Shown one piece after another: positions 13,391-26,330 of a DNA stretch of 56,154 nucleotides. Each line of letters opens with the position of its first letter. Within the stretch, counting starts at the first letter, position 1. The position numbers were made by a program, and so were the translations under genes. The stretch is from the NCBI GenBank assembly GCA_013265495.1, contig MU057713.1, forward strand, positions 66,757-122,910, in the 5' to 3' direction. The stretch comes from Vicugna vicugna. Lineage: Eukaryota. The notes below the pieces were generated by a model that saw nothing but the letters and a program-made list of their open reading frames with translations, was not told where the DNA came from and made no database searches.

Positions 13391-13479
13391 CATCAACTGG
13401 AAGATAATCATGCAGCTAGTGAACAAAGAGAAGATTAAGAAATCCAAACCAGTAAGAATAAAGCAAATTTGTAAGCTCA

Positions 13480-13910
13480 CCACTCATTCAATTAGAAAGT
13501 GTTTATTTATAGGGGATGATGACATTCAAGGACTGGGGGAAATAAGAATATGTAAAGGGCATGAACCACACCATGAAGCATTTTAAAAACTAGTTGGGGA
13601 CATAAACCACGTACAGTAACTACAATAAAATACAGTATGTGGTAAATGTCATAATATTACAGAGTATTATAAGTGTTTAGATGAGAAAGGTCACTGTCAG
13701 TAGTGAGTCAGAGCATGCAATTTTTGTAAAAGATGCATTTAATCTGGGCCTTCCTCAATAGGTAGCATTTAATAGGTAGAGGTAGGGGAAAAAAACCTGT
13801 AAGTGGACGAAAATATGCTATAATGAAAAATAGGAACTGGATGAGCAAAGAGCTAGAAAGGCAAGGTGGGATCAGCTCATGGTGATCTTGACTATTAAGC
13901 TACGTCTTGC
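13480..13910 (-). mobile_element. LINE-2 3' region, decayed
   Basis: Begins cactcattcaatt...gtttattta, followed by purine-rich antisense L2-like sequence. Confidence 0.5.
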
Positions 13911-14359
13911 CTTTATTAAGCACCTGACAGATGCCATCAGCAGAGTTCTATACCACTTGCATAAATCTAACGGCTGGGCATGGACTGAACTAGAGGGGTA
14001 AAATCTGAAAAGCCTCTTTTTTCCCCCTGTGTTAGTGTAATGGCTATTTTGTTTTGTGCTTTAGCTTCCTCTTTTAATAAATATTTATTGAAGACAATTC
14101 AGAAAATGCAGACGAATAAAATACAAAAAATAACCTACCTAGTCTTCTGTAGCTCCTTCCCTAATTTGCCCTTGAAAATAGATACAGACAAAAGCTTTGC
14201 AAAAATAGCACCAAACAACCCTTACTATTGTAAAACCTACTTTTAAAATTTCATCATCATGATGGTTGTATAGCATTCCATCAGTTAACTAAATCATAAT
14301 GTATTAAACAATACCCAACTATAAAATGAGTCTGTACTCATCACTGTCATTAATCACTG

Positions 14360-14640
14360 TGACGAACAGCAGAGCAACACCTCTCCCCCACAAAGACGTC
14401 CACACCATGATCTTCAGAACTTGTGAATATATTACCTTATATTACCTTACACAGCAAAAGGCACTTTGAAGATATTATTAAGTTAAGGGCCTTCAGATTG
14501 GAAGATTATCCTGAAAGCTGGCCCAGTGTAATCACTAGGGTCCTTTCAAGGAGAAAGGAGGTCAAAGTCAGCGATGGCACTGTGCTCGTGCAAACAGAAA
14601 AAGATGAGCAGATGCTATACTGCTGGCTTAAATGAAGCAA
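14360..14640 (+). mobile_element. MaLR LTR (MLT1D-like), partial
   Basis: cccacaaagacgtccac...agaacttgtgaatat...accttacacagcaaaaggcactttg...gattatcctg...gatgctatactgctggctt. Confidence 0.85.
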
Positions 14641-15184
14641 CTGGAAAAGTCATTCTTGGGCACTGACGAGACACACCAGAGTTCAGGGGAGGGGAGCACC
14701 TTAGCTGGGGTGGGGGAGAGAAGCCTCCAGCGAGGACGTATTTAAGCTGACACTGGTAGGACAGGAAGCAGCCGTAATTTCTGCTGAACTTCTTGCCTGT
14801 GTTCTCCCATCTGACTGAGCATTTGGAAAACAAACGTATTACCTAATACCTATTTTCCCTGTGTGCACAGAATCTGGCACTGAGATAGCTATTATTATGA
14901 TATATATTGCTATGTGTGCCCTTGAAAAACTATGAGCAAATAATGAGTATTTACTGCGTGCTAGACTGGGGAGGCAAAAGGAATAAAAAATATTTTGTTG
15001 CTCTTTCCAATAGCTCTCAATCCATTTGAAGAGACTATATCTAAAAACACAGCGACTGAGATGGCAAAATATCAAGAAACATATTGTATCCTATACATTA
15101 TACACTACGTGAAGACATGAAGTGAATTAAAAGTCGGCTTACATGAAGACAAGATTTTCAAACCTGCCCTCACACATAATAGGA

Positions 15185-15290
15185 CTGGGGACCTTGACAA
15201 GTAACTTTTGAGGCTTAATTTCCTCATCTGTAAATGGGAATAAACATACCTTCCTGTCCTGTATGCATGTGACAGGGCTACGTCAGTCAT
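15185..15290 (+). mobile_element. MIR core
   Basis: gaccttgacaagtaacttttgaggcttaatttcctcatctgtaaatgggaataa. Confidence 0.75.
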
Positions 15291-16274
15291 AAAGTGAAAA
15301 TAATAAAATAGTAATTATTATGACAGGAGAAATAATACCTATTAGGACAATATATCATGATAACATCAAGAGACTGAAGCGCCAAAATATGCTCTGGAGA
15401 CAAAGAATACATGATGAAGAATGTATATTATATGGTTTGACTTACTGGAAATCTTAAACACCCACAATCAAACCCTAGACAAGATTTCTTCCCACCTGAG
15501 AGTAAGCTTTTTATTTTTTCCTGCTCCAAAGGTCATCTTAAAGTTAGTGCTTTAAAGATGTTTTCTGTGTTAAGTGGCAACTAGATTTGCCCTAGGTCTT
15601 TAAAAAACGATGCCGTAACTCTTTCCAGTTCTGATGCAGATTAGTGCAGCACAGAGCTGCCATAAAAAAGCCACAACGACTGAATTTTAGCAAAAAGCAG
15701 TAACAGTGATCTATAAAAATCACCAAAATAAACATAAATCAGCCACCTCAAAATGACATATTGACACAATTCTGTAGTCTATTCAACTAACTGCTACCTT
15801 ACTCCAGGCACTTTTCCCCCCAGATGCTCCAAACTTCGTTCTTAGAAACTTTAAATCACAGTGATGGCTCTGGAGAGCGTCTGTGATTCAGTTTACCTTC
15901 ACTTCTTGCTTCCATCATCCTTCAGCAACACCCAAGGCGGCCAACCAGGCTCTCCCATGCGTGCAGCGCCAGCTGTATCACTCTTCCTCCTAATTCAGCA
16001 GTTGTCTGCCACCCTCACCACGAGAATGGAACCCACATCTTCCTCCACGGGGACGTTCAGCCAGTTGACTCTGATCATTTTTCTAAAGCCACCACATTCT
16101 CTCCATCCTTCTTACCCATCATTAAATCTTCAACTCATTCTCTGGTCTATATTGTCATATCTCTCCATTTCTTCACCAAAATAAATCTGCTGAACTCTAT
16201 TCCATAAAAATTGTGCATTTCAGGGCTTGTATCCTTTTACCTGTGTTTAGTAGATAATGTGTCAAAAAAAATTA

Positions 16275-16390
16275 TTCACTTTGGGCAAGTAATATAACCT
16301 GCCTGAGTTTTAATCTTCTCCTCAATAAAGTTGGGGGGGGTGAACAGAATTAGTGGATCTTAAGTTTTTATTAAATAGTGAGATTCTTCT
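16275..16390 (+). mobile_element. MIR core
   Basis: actttgggcaagtaatataacctgcctgagttttaatcttctcctcaataaag. Confidence 0.6.
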
Positions 16391-16896
16391 TTCAAATGCT
16401 ATTGTATACCCACGTATAAAACAAAGTGCCCCACATGAAGCACCAGCTGACGCAGCTGAAATGGGACCCCAGAGCTCTGCCCCACTGGGTGCTTCATCAT
16501 CCTTTCCTGGGATGGCCCCTGAGATTCAGACTTCCAACTCACGAGACTCCAAGGAGCACATGACAGCCTCGGAACTAAGTGATCAATAAGCCCCTTTCTA
16601 GTTCCAATATCCAAAGATTCTATTCCACAAGATAAGGAGGACTGAGTGGCAAGGAAACTATAATATTGTTGAATGCCAATTTTTGTTTTATTGAAATGCC
16701 CCATGAGCAGTATCTCACTCAAGTTCCCCCAAAAATGTAATCATATTCATTTTTAGAAATGAAAAGACAGACTCAGAGACTGTAAATTGTGTAAGTTTAC
16801 ACATTTGAAAGAGGCTAGGATGGGATTCAAACTCTTGCTTCTTCCATTTTGTACGTTACCTCGAAACCAGAGCGCTCTTCCTAACCTAGCCCTCAC

Positions 16897-16993
16897 CCAG
16901 CCATTGTCACTGTTGAACTGCATGCACTTGCATTTGGCGCAGTGAAGATGCTCAGCACACCTGACCCACGGAGTATACTTGTATTTACTTGTC
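16897..16993 (-). other. Candidate spliced exon B (97 nt)
   Basis: Minus strand: ccttcttattgttctgtctttcactag|GACAAG...GCTGG|gtgagg. Two frames are open (QVNTSILRGSGVLSIFTAPNASACSSTVTMA; TSKYKYTPWVRCAEHLHCAKCKCMQFNSDNGW). Unique sequence, product not recognised. Confidence 0.55.
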
Positions 16994-19900
16994 CTAGTGA
17001 AAGACAGAACAATAAGAAGGAGTAGGGTTCATGTAGAGCACTAAGAAATAATAGCTTGGATCTAAAAGGGAGAAACAGAGAAGACAACATTGATAAACCT
17101 AAAAACAGTTCAAAGTTTTCAAACTGTAGGTCTTTAAATGTACTAGAAAAACTGGGATTACCTGAAAACGTTACATCAAAGAGTGTATTTTTAATTCCTC
17201 TTAACCCACCTAGTACCATCAAGTTCAGAACGTACACTGGATTTCTAGGCCTTGTAAAATCTTTCCAGTGGCAAAATGGAAAGATAAGCAGATTTCTTCT
17301 CATATAATCAGCTACATTCCACGTCCTTAGAATACCTCTTATGCAAATCCAAATGTCTCTGGATAATTACAGAAATAGTACAGTTGTGGAAGACATACTA
17401 GGGATCTGAACTCAAAAACCTGTTAGACACCGCATTATTACTCCGTTTATCAGCTTCTATCTTCCCTCAGATTCTATGCTATCTTTGCTCTTTTTCCTCT
17501 GGCAGATGTTCAGGGGTGAATTATGCAATTTAGAATCCAAAATTCCACTTCATCCAGATGCCTAATTTGCTAACTATTCACTTGTCGAAAACACGTTTAC
17601 TATCTATTACATAATGGCGACAGCTCAGAACAGCTTCTGGTTTCCATTTCGTGAATCGTTCTCAATATCGTGTCCCAGAAGGCATTTTTCAGTGCACATT
17701 TCCATGAAATTTTATTAAATTTCATAAGTGCACCAACATCTGGGAGGGAAAAACTTTCCCCTCCAAAGTTCTAAGTTTCAAAATCACTGTATATTTTTCT
17801 TTTCAAAAATCCATGGACAAATCTATGGAATAATAATGAAACTTCACTCAGTCTCCAAATTTTGTTCAAAGTTTAGCTGATCTTGAAAAGAGCCTCTATT
17901 TTATCCAGTTATCATGGGAAAAAATGTTTGCACAAGTCTTACTGATCACTGTTCAATTCTTGAAGAAAACTGCATTTACAGCGATTTCTCCTGCCCCAAT
18001 AGTTGCCAATGCCTCTTACTATGTCAAGGATTCCAGTCTGCTGTGGATTGATGGTGACATGATGAAAGTGTATCTAATTTGTTTACCTCAACATGATATG
18101 TTTATACAATGGTGGTGTCGGTATAAATAGCTCAATAGATAATAATATTGCGTCATGTTCTAACCTTAAATCTGTCTCAGCATATCCAGATAATGTGAGA
18201 AATACAAGTTCAGGTTACCTGTAACATCTACATTCATCCCTACATTGATTTTCACTTTCCTCTGATGGGCAGTAACAGTATCGTTTCAGAAAGAACAGTC
18301 TCATTTCTTTCTTCCTTTCTGTCTGATTCCCTTACTCTACCTAATTGTGAGGTTTAGGGACTCCCAATATTTAGAATAACGTCTGTCAGAGTAAGTAATA
18401 CAAAAGGAGCTGGAGAAGGAGGAAGGCAGGAAAGGATAGAGGGGGGAGTGTGGAGAGAGAGAGAAAGAAGAATAGGAAAAAAAAAAAGATCAAGCTTAAT
18501 AACACCACCTTCCCTTTCAGCCCTACTAAACAAGGCGCTCACTGGTTATCTGATAACTCTTAATACATGAATGTGAAAACACAGAGAAAATAACTCGGCT
18601 GGGGAAAGGAGATGGATTCTAACCCAAGCTCTTTTCCCAGGTTGGAATACTGAAAACTCCCCTGGCCTCTCTAGATTTCATGCATAAAACAAAGGACTAG
18701 AACTGATGGCTGGTAGTTCTAGCACTGTTATTCTGTTTTGGGTTTCTGTGTTTTCAAAAGGACACACGCACACATATTCACATGCAGAGAGAGGAAGAAA
18801 GATTCTTGTTCTTCGTTTTGAAATATTATTCAATCAATGGATGTATCTATTATACTAAAACTTACGAAGATGTCTGTAGCTTCTCTAATTTATCAGTGAG
18901 AGAAACAGCTGTTTTATTGCCTGCACACAGTAGGCATTCATTCAATGCTTAGCTCCTTTTCTTTTCTAAAGACTTACTGCCTATAATATTGACACCTGAT
19001 TAGGGCGCGCGTGCGCACCCCCCCCATGCAATTAAATGTTGGCACTAAAGCATCTCATTGCAATCTGAACTAATTGCTGTATGTAAGATAGACATGTCTT
19101 TGACTTACATTTTCTAGCTAAAATGCTGATAAAATGTTGATACATTCATACTGATGATTAAGAGTTTATAATAAAGGTAAATGGCTTGAAAATTCTCAGT
19201 TTTTTATTAGATGGAATCTATTTTTATTTGTGCTTTTTAATAGCTAATCTAGGAAGAGGTTAGGAAATAAAAAGAAAACCAAAACACACCCACAGTTAAA
19301 GTTCTCTTCCAGAACCTAAATGGGAGTTTTCAGATAGCCTAGTGAGTGTTATCTTTCAATAAAGTGGGTTGCAAGGAAGAAAGGGAAGAAGAAAGGCAAG
19401 TGGAGAGAATGAGAAGGGGGAAGAGAGAGATTTTAGAAACTGCATTATTTCAGAGCTGTTCTAGGAAATTCTGTGTGCTGTTTGGACTGTGACTCATAGT
19501 AACATAAATTTGCAAGTAAGAACTCTAATAACATATTTATCTTCCATCCTTAAAAATCTACCAGCACCTCTGCAAGAGAATATTAATTATAATCATGTGT
19601 AACTGACTTCAATGGGATTTTAATTCAGAGCATTTTAAAAAATCAACTCATTCTCTGCCATGCCTCAAAACCTGTTTCCAAAATTTAAGAAATGAAAACT
19701 CTGAGCTTAATTTTCCAAGTCTTTAATGACTTTCATTTCTGCAGAGCTTTTAAGTTATGAAAAATTTTCCTAGCCATTATCATTTTTGAGATTCCAATCC
19801 ACCTATAGAGTAAATTGGAATTGTTAGCCCCATTTTACAGATAATCACTATCTGTGTGATTTAAATGAACTCACTTAAAAATTAGCTAGAACTGAAAATC

Positions 19901-20559
19901 AGTTATAAAGCAATACATGCAAGAAATTTAATGATAGATTTTACGGAAAAATCTCTCTTTTGAATATACTTTGCAAATGATACTTTCTCATTCATTAGGA
20001 AGGAGTCATTTGAACTAAAAGATAAAATTAATTTGTGTGCTAATTCAATGTGTGGCCACTATAGGTAAAGTGTTCATCTTATTCTTTGCTGATGATGAGA
20101 AAACAGGAATTCAAAATATTAAGAAAGGATTCTTTCACCTCCTAAATCGTGTAACTTGAGCACTGCAGATCTAAAATGAATCACCTCTTTATCAGACACT
20201 TACCAGCGCAAGCGCCCATTTGCCTTGAGGTCCTGAATGGCACTAAATTGGGAGCAGTATCCAGCAGTAAAGGAAAAGAATGAGGCTGCTTCCATCTCTG
20301 CCCACTAACTCGAACCTATTAGAACTTCAAAGCCACCTAAGTATTCTAAATCAGAATAAAAATGCAACTATGTCGAGTCAAAATGAGGAAGGTACAACTG
20401 CCAGACAACAAAGAAACCAGTAGAGCGCGAGGTACTTGCTCCCTGTGTCCCTTCCCGGTGCTGACGGTCACTTCTCTGAAGGGCTCGCCAACTCTTCAGG
20501 TACAGGAACTGCTCCAGCCTGTGGCCTTGCCTCAGGGCGTAGCTTCTATCACCACGCTG

Positions 20560-20730
20560 TCAGCAACTGTGTGATTATTTTGTTACTCTTCCTTCTTCCC
20601 CAGTAGACTATGCAACACTTAAAATTAAGAACTAGGTCCTCACCTTCATATTCCTAGGGCCAGTACAACATCTAGTATGTAGTTTATACTAAGGTGCATC
20701 AGTATGTAATTAAGGAAATAAATGAATGAG
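20560..20730 (+). mobile_element. LINE-2 3' end
   Basis: cttccccagtagactatgc...catattcctagggccagtacaacatctagtatgtag...aaataaatgaatga. Confidence 0.7.
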
Positions 20731-21614
20731 TTACGCTGAGGAAAGCACAAACGTATCCTCCGAGGAGTAGAACCTAACCAGGATCAGAAACAGCCAGGAA
20801 TAGAGCCAAGGGTCATATCAAGTATTCATAATTGATAATTTTGACTACTGTTCATTCCATATGTGTTCTCCATAGAGTTACATCTAACTGAGGAAATACC
20901 ATGGTAGTTATTTTTTACTCTACAAGCTAACAGCTAGCATGTGCACTAAAAATCTCATTTAAAAATTGTGTAAAAGAATCTTTTAATTTTATTCTTTGTG
21001 TACCAAAATAAGCATAATATCTGTGCAATTTTTCATTCTGTTATAGCAATTTAGAAATGTTCATTAAAAATGTTTGAAAACTAGATTCTCTGAATCAAAG
21101 CCAATCTCTGTAAACTCTATTTAACTGGGGTAATTTCTAAGGTACACATTAACTTTGCTAAGGACCCAGGTTCTCCAAGTAGGTCACAAGTTCAGCTTCA
21201 ATCCTCAACAAACCATTCAACCTCTCAGCACATTTGTCAGCAAGTCAGTAAAATGAGTAGTTGTACCAGATAACGTCTCAGGTCTGTCCTGGTCTTGGCA
21301 CCCCATACCATTACAAATTCTCTTTAGAAATCTTAGTACGAACTCTGCAGTAGTTACAGTCCTTGAAACAAACAGTAAATAAAGATAGTCCCTCCTTCCC
21401 CCTCCAAACCCATCAGGTCGTTCAATGTTTATATCCTATCAGTGGGATGAAAGTTTTTTTTTTTAAAAGGTGGGGGTATGGTTCCTAGAATAATACTTAT
21501 AGGAAAACCTGAGGCAGGACTTATGCATGAACAAATAGGAACCACATGCCCAAAGCCATCATCGTGGTGCAAGATTTTAAATTGCACCCTGAAATATCCA
21601 ACTACTGCTGCTCA

Positions 21615-22109
21615 CAGCCTTGTAGATTCCCCTCCCTTTGAAGATGGGGTGTCCGTGATCTGCTTCTAGCCAGGAGAAGATGGAAGAAGTGATGGGATGT
21701 CGCTTCATGATTATATTAGATGAGACTCTGTCTTGCTGGTAGAGTGGGTCTTGAGTCTCTATTCCTTTCCAGCTGTGAAGAACCAAGCTGTCAGGAAATG
21801 AAAACTCACACTCTAGGGAACTGCTAGTCTCTAGGAGTGGAGGGCAGCGACAACCCTAGGCTGTAAGGAAATCAAATCAATTCGCCGACAACCTGAGTGA
21901 GCTTGGAAATACATTCTTATGCAGTTGAGCCTCTGATGAGACCACAGACCCAGCCAAAACCCGGTCTGCAGCCTGGTGAAATCCTGAAGCAGTGAGCCCA
22001 GTTATACTGTGTCTGGCCTCCTGACCCACAGAAGCCATAAGATAATAAACGTGTATTGTTTTAAGCTGCTAAGTCCGCTGTAATTTGTACAGCATCCATA
22101 GATAATACA
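21615..22109 (+). mobile_element. MaLR solo LTR (MLT1F/G-like)
   Basis: Ends acaacctgagtgagcttggaa...cctgacccacagaagccataagataataaacgtgtattgttttaagctgctaagt...atagataataca. Confidence 0.9.
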
Positions 22110-22958
22110 ACTGTGAAGGTACTCTTGGTCTTCCTATGCCTGCATTTTGGGTTAAGGTGTTCATCAGTGCCATGCACTTGGCAGTAAAAAGCATACTAAC
22201 TCATATTATCTCCTCTAGCCAAATGATAGATCTATATCTATATTTTATTTCAAAAAAATTTAATATCTTATTCTTTCAGGAAATTGAAATAAAGCACACC
22301 TTAGAAAATGAATGAGGAGCTTATTCTCAAAATAACTGACTAGGTCTTTGGCCATTCTTTACAGTTGGGGTCCACTAGTACCAACAAGTCTTAAATTTAT
22401 TCATGTATTCATTCACAAATACTTGATGAACTTTCATTTTGAAACTGTGAAAAGTACTCTGGGGAATAGAGATAAGAACAAGACATGGCTAGTGTCCTAA
22501 GAGAAACTACAACTTTATTGCACTAAGTTTTGAGAATATGTTTTCCATGTAAAAGAGTTCAAATTGGTTATAATACTGTATGTTTTAACCCATCTGTAAC
22601 ATCTTTTAAAAAATGTTTTCAGATAAATAACCATGAGTCTTATAGATGGGTAGTATGTCAATAACTGGATATGTGGAAGAGAATATTCCATGGGGGAAAA
22701 CAGTGAATAAGGGCATGCAGGGGTAAGGATGTGAGGCATGGCCAGAGAAGAAGAGATTTCGACTTGAAAGTCACCGTGGTTCATGGGAAAGATGAAGAGC
22801 ACAGGATAGAACATCAGTTAAAAAATAACGAGGGCCTGCACCAGGCTGGAATGGAACAGAGGATCCAGGCAGATAAGAGAGACACTGGGGGCATGGATCC
22901 TGGAATAAGCAGGACAACTGACTGCGTGAGACAGATGATGCAGATGACTTGAAAATGA

Positions 22959-23906
22959 TCTCCAGAATATATAAGCAGCTCATACGACTTAATAAGAAAA
23001 AAATAAACAACCCAACCCAAAAATGGGCAGAAGAACTAAACAAGCAATTCTCCAAGGAAGACATACAAATGATCAATAGGCACATGAAGAAATGCTCAAT
23101 ATCACTAATTATCAGAGAAATGCAAATCAAAACTACAATGAGGCATCACCTCACACCAGTCAGAACGGCCATCATTCAAAAATCCACAAATGACAACTGC
23201 TGGAGAGGCTGCGGAGAAAGGGGAACCCTCCTACACTGCTGGTGGGAATGCAGTTTGGTGAAGCCACTATGAAAAAGAGTGTGGAGATTCCTCAAAAGAC
23301 TAGGAATAGACTTAACATATGACCCAGGAATCCCACTCCTGGGCTTGTATCCAGAAGGAAATCTACTTCAGGATGACACCTGCACCCCAATGTTCATAGC
23401 AGCACTATTTACAATAGCCAAAACATGGAAACAGCCTAAATGTCCATCAATAGGTGACTGGATAAAGAAGATGTGGTATATTTATACAATGGAATACTAT
23501 TCAGCCATAAAACCCGACAACATAATGCCATTTGCAGCAACATGGATGCTCCTAGAGAATGTCATTCTAAGTGAAGTAAGCCAGAAAGAGAAAGAAAAAT
23601 ACCATATGAGATCGCTCATATGTGGAATCTAAAGACTCATGGACAGAGAATACAGACTTGTGGTTACCAGGGGGGTAGAGGGTGGGAAGGGATAGACTGG
23701 GATTTCAAAATTGTAGAATAGATAAACAAGATTACACTGTATATAGCACAGGGAAATATACACAAAGTGTTATGATAAATCACAGAGAAAAAAATGCGAC
23801 AATGAGTGTGTATATGTCCATGAATGACTGAAAAATTGTGCTGAACACTGGAATTGGACACAACATTGTAAAATGATTATAAATCAATAAAAAATGTTTA
23901 AAAAAA
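22959..23906 (+). mobile_element. Young 5'-truncated L1 (copy A): ORF2 C-terminus, 3'UTR and polyA
   Basis: ORFs 22949-23272 and 23279-23632 are the L1 ORF2 C-terminus ([19 protein letters not shown]...[18 protein letters not shown]), in the same frame and split by one TGG>TGA stop. AATAAA and A tail follow. 5' TSD gaaaatga at 22951-22958. Confidence 0.97.
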
Positions 23907-23966
23907 GATATACATGTGTGCAGACACATATATATATACATACACATATTCTATAAAAAAAAAGAA

Positions 23967-24451
23967 GTGGTTTATTTATACAATGGAATATTACTCAGCC
24001 ATAAAAACCGACAACATAACACCATTTGCAGCAACATGGATGCTCCTGGAGAATGTCATTCTAAGTGAAGTAAGCCAGAAAGAGAAAGAAAAATACCATA
24101 TGAGATCGCTCATATGTGTAATCTAAAAAACAAAAACAAACAAATAAACCAAAAAAAAAAGCGTAAATACAAGACAGAAATAGACTCACATAGAATACAA
24201 ACTAGTGATTGCCAAGGGGGCGGAGGTTGGGAAGAGACAGACTGGGATATCAAAATTGTAGAACAGATAAACAAGATTATACTGTATAGCACAGGGAAAT
24301 ATACACAAGATATGGTAGCTCACAGAGAAAAAATATGACAATGAATATATATATGTTCATGTATAACTGAAAAATTGTGCTCTACACTGGAATTTGACAC
24401 AACATTGTAAAATGATTATAAATCAATAAAAAATGTTTAAAAAAAAAAAAA
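23967..24451 (+). mobile_element. Second young L1 3' fragment (copy B) with polyA
   Basis: Repeats YTMEYYSAIK...HMRSLIC and a variant 3'UTR. A13 tail at 24439-24451 is followed by gaaaatga at 24452-24459. Confidence 0.97.
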
Positions 24452-25939
24452 GAAAATGACTCTGACGTTTCAAACCTGCTTGAGAGGGAAGAGAAGCGTC
24501 ATTAACAGAATTAGGAAATCTAAGAGGCCGTGCTGGCTTGTGAGGAGGAAACAGCTGCTGTATTTCAAGGGCTAGCGAGAGGGGAGGTTTGAGAAGGTGG
24601 CGAGGGGAGAAACGTCAAGGGAAGAGGAAGCCTCTAAAGCAGCAGTTTCAGTTGAGTGTTGAGGTTACAGTGAGTCAAAAAAACTGGCAGAGATAAAATG
24701 CACAGAGCAATACATCTTTACAAGGTGGCCAAGCAGCAAGGATCTTGAATGAAAAAGTGGGGAAAAAAATTAAAGCACAAATTTCAACTCTAACTGTTAT
24801 TTTGGAACACAGCCACTCCCTTTTCTATTAGGGAAAATTAAAGGGAAAAAAAAGACTTTCCACCTCCATTCTGAATATGGTATAAATAAACCGGTGGTCT
24901 ATATAAACGGAATATATGCATAGCTGCACTGAATGTGGAAGGACTGACGAAAGTTCAGAGAAATCTGAAGTTATTTTGTGTATATTCTTTGAGCAATTTT
25001 CTGACAGGCTTTCCATTTCTTAATACAGAACCCTGAGCTACAGCAATGACAGTGAGATGCAGGATTCTGACACCTTTGTTTTCAGCTATGGAAAGCAAGT
25101 CATTTCTTGATGATAAGCATTAGGTCCAGACAAGCAAATAACATCATGCCCACTAGTCCTATAATTTGCATTTTGCTTTAGAAAGTTTTCTGGTTTTCTA
25201 TGGTTTCTGTTTTTAGAATATACATAGCATACAACTTGACAGTAACCAAGTGCCACTCTTTCTCACATCTTCCATAGTATTTAGCCCAGTTCTATGCAGA
25301 GAAAGTGTTTACACTTACTTATCAATTAATCTACAAACACACACAGACACATATATCTGTAAACTTGAAATTGTGTGTTAAGTGAGAAAACAGATGTAAA
25401 AGAGCTGGCAAAGTGCTCATTAAATACTTAAAAGAAATATGCAATCTTAGAAATAGCAAATGACAAAAAAATTTTGAAATTAAAAAAAAAAGGAGATTGG
25501 CAAACAGTTCTAAACTTAGAAACTATGTTATATTAAAAAATACAAAGTGTTAATACCATCAAAAAGCAAATAATTTATGAATATTTGAGTGGCTCTGAGT
25601 CAGGCAGCCCATGTGGCTTTTTGACACAGTACAGATTAATTTCCCACTGGCCAGGGAATCTCAGCTTAAATGCAAAATATTACCCTCAGCTTTGACTCAC
25701 AGCAAGATACATTATGCACGGTCTAGACTGTGCCTACTTCTTCATTTATTCATAATTTCTCTCTCAGTTCTATTATTAACATTTTATACTTTGCTAGATT
25801 TTCTTCAATCTTCTGACATATACTTAAGGGAACGACAGAATGTCGATAGAGAAACAGAGCCTTAATTTATAGAGGCCATGTTTTCTTACAAATATGACAT
25901 CATCAGAAGAAACTGGACTGGCAATATGGCCCACACAGC

Positions 25940-26330
25940 AGAGACTGAAGGCTGTCCTCCAACATCCACGCTCGCCTTCTTTTAGAGTAAGAGAGCTTCC
26001 CAGCTTTCAGCTGGGTACAGAACTACTCAGCATGAACGAAGCCCAGCCTGTTGCGGCTGCAGGTGGCTTTACAGTTTAGTTTTGGCCAAAGAGTTGCTGG
26101 GAGAAGTATTACGTGCAATTGATAAGTCGTGCCCGTAAAGCAAGTAGCCTCTCCTTCCCCTGTTCTGACATCATGGCCCATGAAGATGAAGGGGTCACAC
26201 TGGGAAGCAGGAGAACCCAGGAGAAGAATCCTCCGTCTTGATGAATTCTTGTCACAGAGCTCCAACGTCACTTCAGAACTTTATGAGCGAGAATTAACCT
26301 TCTATCTTGTTCAAAGCATATGATCCTGAA
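25940..26330 (+). mobile_element. ERVL/MaLR LTR (LTR16/MLT1J-like)
   Basis: Ends cttcagaactttatgagcgagaattaaccttctatcttgttcaaagca; internal agttttggccaa motif. Confidence 0.55.

Larger units (their letters stand above)
22395..24740 (-). mobile_element. LINE-2 relic, interrupted by the composite L1 insertion at 22959-24451
   Basis: ttattcatgtattcattcacaaatacttg (antisense L2 3' end). L2-like sequence resumes after the L1 at gaaaatgactctgacgtttc. Confidence 0.6.

Noticed and set aside
14843..15040. Possible minus-strand exon (YSLFKWIESYWKEQQNIFYSF...)
   Set aside because: The acceptor gtgtttttag is plausible, but the donors are weak and ambiguous and the peptide is unrecognised. Insufficient support.
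18219..18261. 43-nt minus-strand mini-exon (ESENQCRDECRCY)
   Set aside because: Weak pyrimidine tract, and too short to distinguish from chance.
19003..19026. gcgcgcgtgcgca, an NRF1-like CpG patch
   Set aside because: Only about 15 nt with no CpG island around it; more likely a decayed dinucleotide repeat.
20203..20345. Strong minus-strand donor CTG|gtaagt
   Set aside because: No unambiguous paired acceptor. Isolated donors are common in introns.
22949..23632. ORFs of 107 and 117 aa as a host gene
   Set aside because: They are the L1 ORF2 C-terminus split by a nonsense mutation.
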